Assembly: GCA_951406725.2 (NCBI GenBank)
Contig: OX597819.1
Coordinates: 40,176,001 to 40,240,000, forward strand
Direction: 5' to 3'
Length of the DNA stretch: 64,000 nt
Origin: Octopus vulgaris
Lineage: Eukaryota
Position numbers and translations under genes: made by a program. Every line of letters starts with the position of its first letter. Within the stretch, counting starts at the first letter, position 1. This document shows, piece after piece, positions 62,701 through 64,000 of the stretch. Below the pieces are notes generated by a model. It was not told where the DNA came from. It ran no database searches and saw only the letters and a list, made by a program, of their open reading frames with translations.

Positions 62701-64000
62701 GAAATTATTTCTTTTATATTTTACATGTCCATAAAACTTCAGATTTTTAAGAGAGGAAATGGGATTTTGTGAGGTTGTAATTAGTGAAAGGAATTGTCTG
62801 TAAAAATTGGAAATGGGTCGTATGTCATGAATAATAGTAATAACGAAGACAAATTTGTTACTTCTTTTGTCGGCAACGCTTATATATTTTATTTATCACG
62901 CATTTTGTTGATTTGGTTTTCAAGCTTTTAGTAGTTTTTTTTTTTTTTTTCTTATCTTAACCCTATGTAACTCTCCGTTTGTGACAAAATGATTTGAAAA
63001 TATAAATATTAGTGCACTATTCCAGAAGAAACAATACTCCGAAGACATTTTTCCCACCTAAAAACTATTTGTGAATGGAACCAAACACTTCAACAGTAAA
63101 ATATAAATATAAGTTATAAAATAATAAAATTAACGAACATGAATGGCAGTGGAGACGTGCTGAAAACTAAGTAAGAGAATGGGAATCTCGCAAAATTTAA
63201 GTGTTAGTGCTTAGTTTTGGTTTCAAGATGAAATAAATTTCTTCGTGGGCGGAAAAAATTTAACATTTGTTTTTCCATGCCATTATGACTCAGACAGAAA
63301 TTAATTTCGATGCAGGATTCTACGGCTAGATACCCCTCCTGCCGCCAATTTTCACCCGTGATTTTTTCTTTTCTTTTTTTTTTCCTGTCAAGTAAGGGAT
63401 TAGAATTCCCCACAGGATATCAGGTAACATTCTAAGAAAACAGAAATTACTGCTGGAACAATATTTCGAACGGGTCGATATACTTAATTAGGTATAAGGA
63501 CTCGTTAGAAATGGCAGTCAAATCTCCTTCAAATTACACCCTACTGTCTTGAAAAAGATGGAAACATTCCATAATGTAGTTCTAGATACATAATGTCTGA
63601 AGTAGAGCAGTCTGGCATGCCTTTGGTTTGCTTAGTCATAAGTTTATTGTCGGTGACTTTCTGTTCTGTATGCAGATCCTGTCAAGGCTAACTTTGCCTC
63701 TCATCCTTTCAGTGTTGATAAATAATGCACCAGCATAGGTTAATGGACTGGTGGGAATAATAAAGAATCAGATGAACTGCCTTGCAATTTGTTCTAGTTC
63801 TTTATGTTCTGAGTTCAAATCTTGGAATGGCCTACTTGGATGGTAGACTTAATCCTTCACCTAGTTTAACTCTATTAAATGGTCCTTGTATGCCTTTAGG
63901 AGTATCTACTCCCTTGCAAGCATTCAAGTCCACAGCTGAGTTCACTTTCATCTCTCCCTTCTCACTAGTCTCAGAGGCCCTGCAGAAGAGACATAAGCAC

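Overview
AT-rich, microsatellite-dense animal genomic DNA. The repeat landscape resembles what I recall of octopus genomes; the species is an inference. One host gene is fully reconstructable: MED31 on the minus strand (4 coding exons at 62530-50977, 206 aa, with a long Q/G-rich C-terminal extension). Two candidate minus-strand exons of a second, unidentified gene lie near 0.6 and 10.9 kb. The rest is mostly mobile DNA. It includes a near-intact ~4.6-kb RTE LINE whose RT domain carries an inserted PHD-type zinc finger and whose ORF is broken only by two 1-nt losses in C runs, a 5'-truncated sister copy and many 3'-end derivatives. Also present are a decayed hAT (Buster/SPIN-like) transposon with nested insertions, non-autonomous Helitrons including a head-to-tail array, several MITE families, three tRNA-derived SINE families, and Gypsy, CR1 and R4/Dong remnants. 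The most striking hidden layer is a set of at least seven sequence-unrelated minimal type I hammerhead-ribozyme motifs. One is complete (2770-2815) and several sit in mirror-image arms of fold-back elements, one of which encloses a Penelope-like GIY-YIG remnant. All calls were made by eye; no searches or folding were run.
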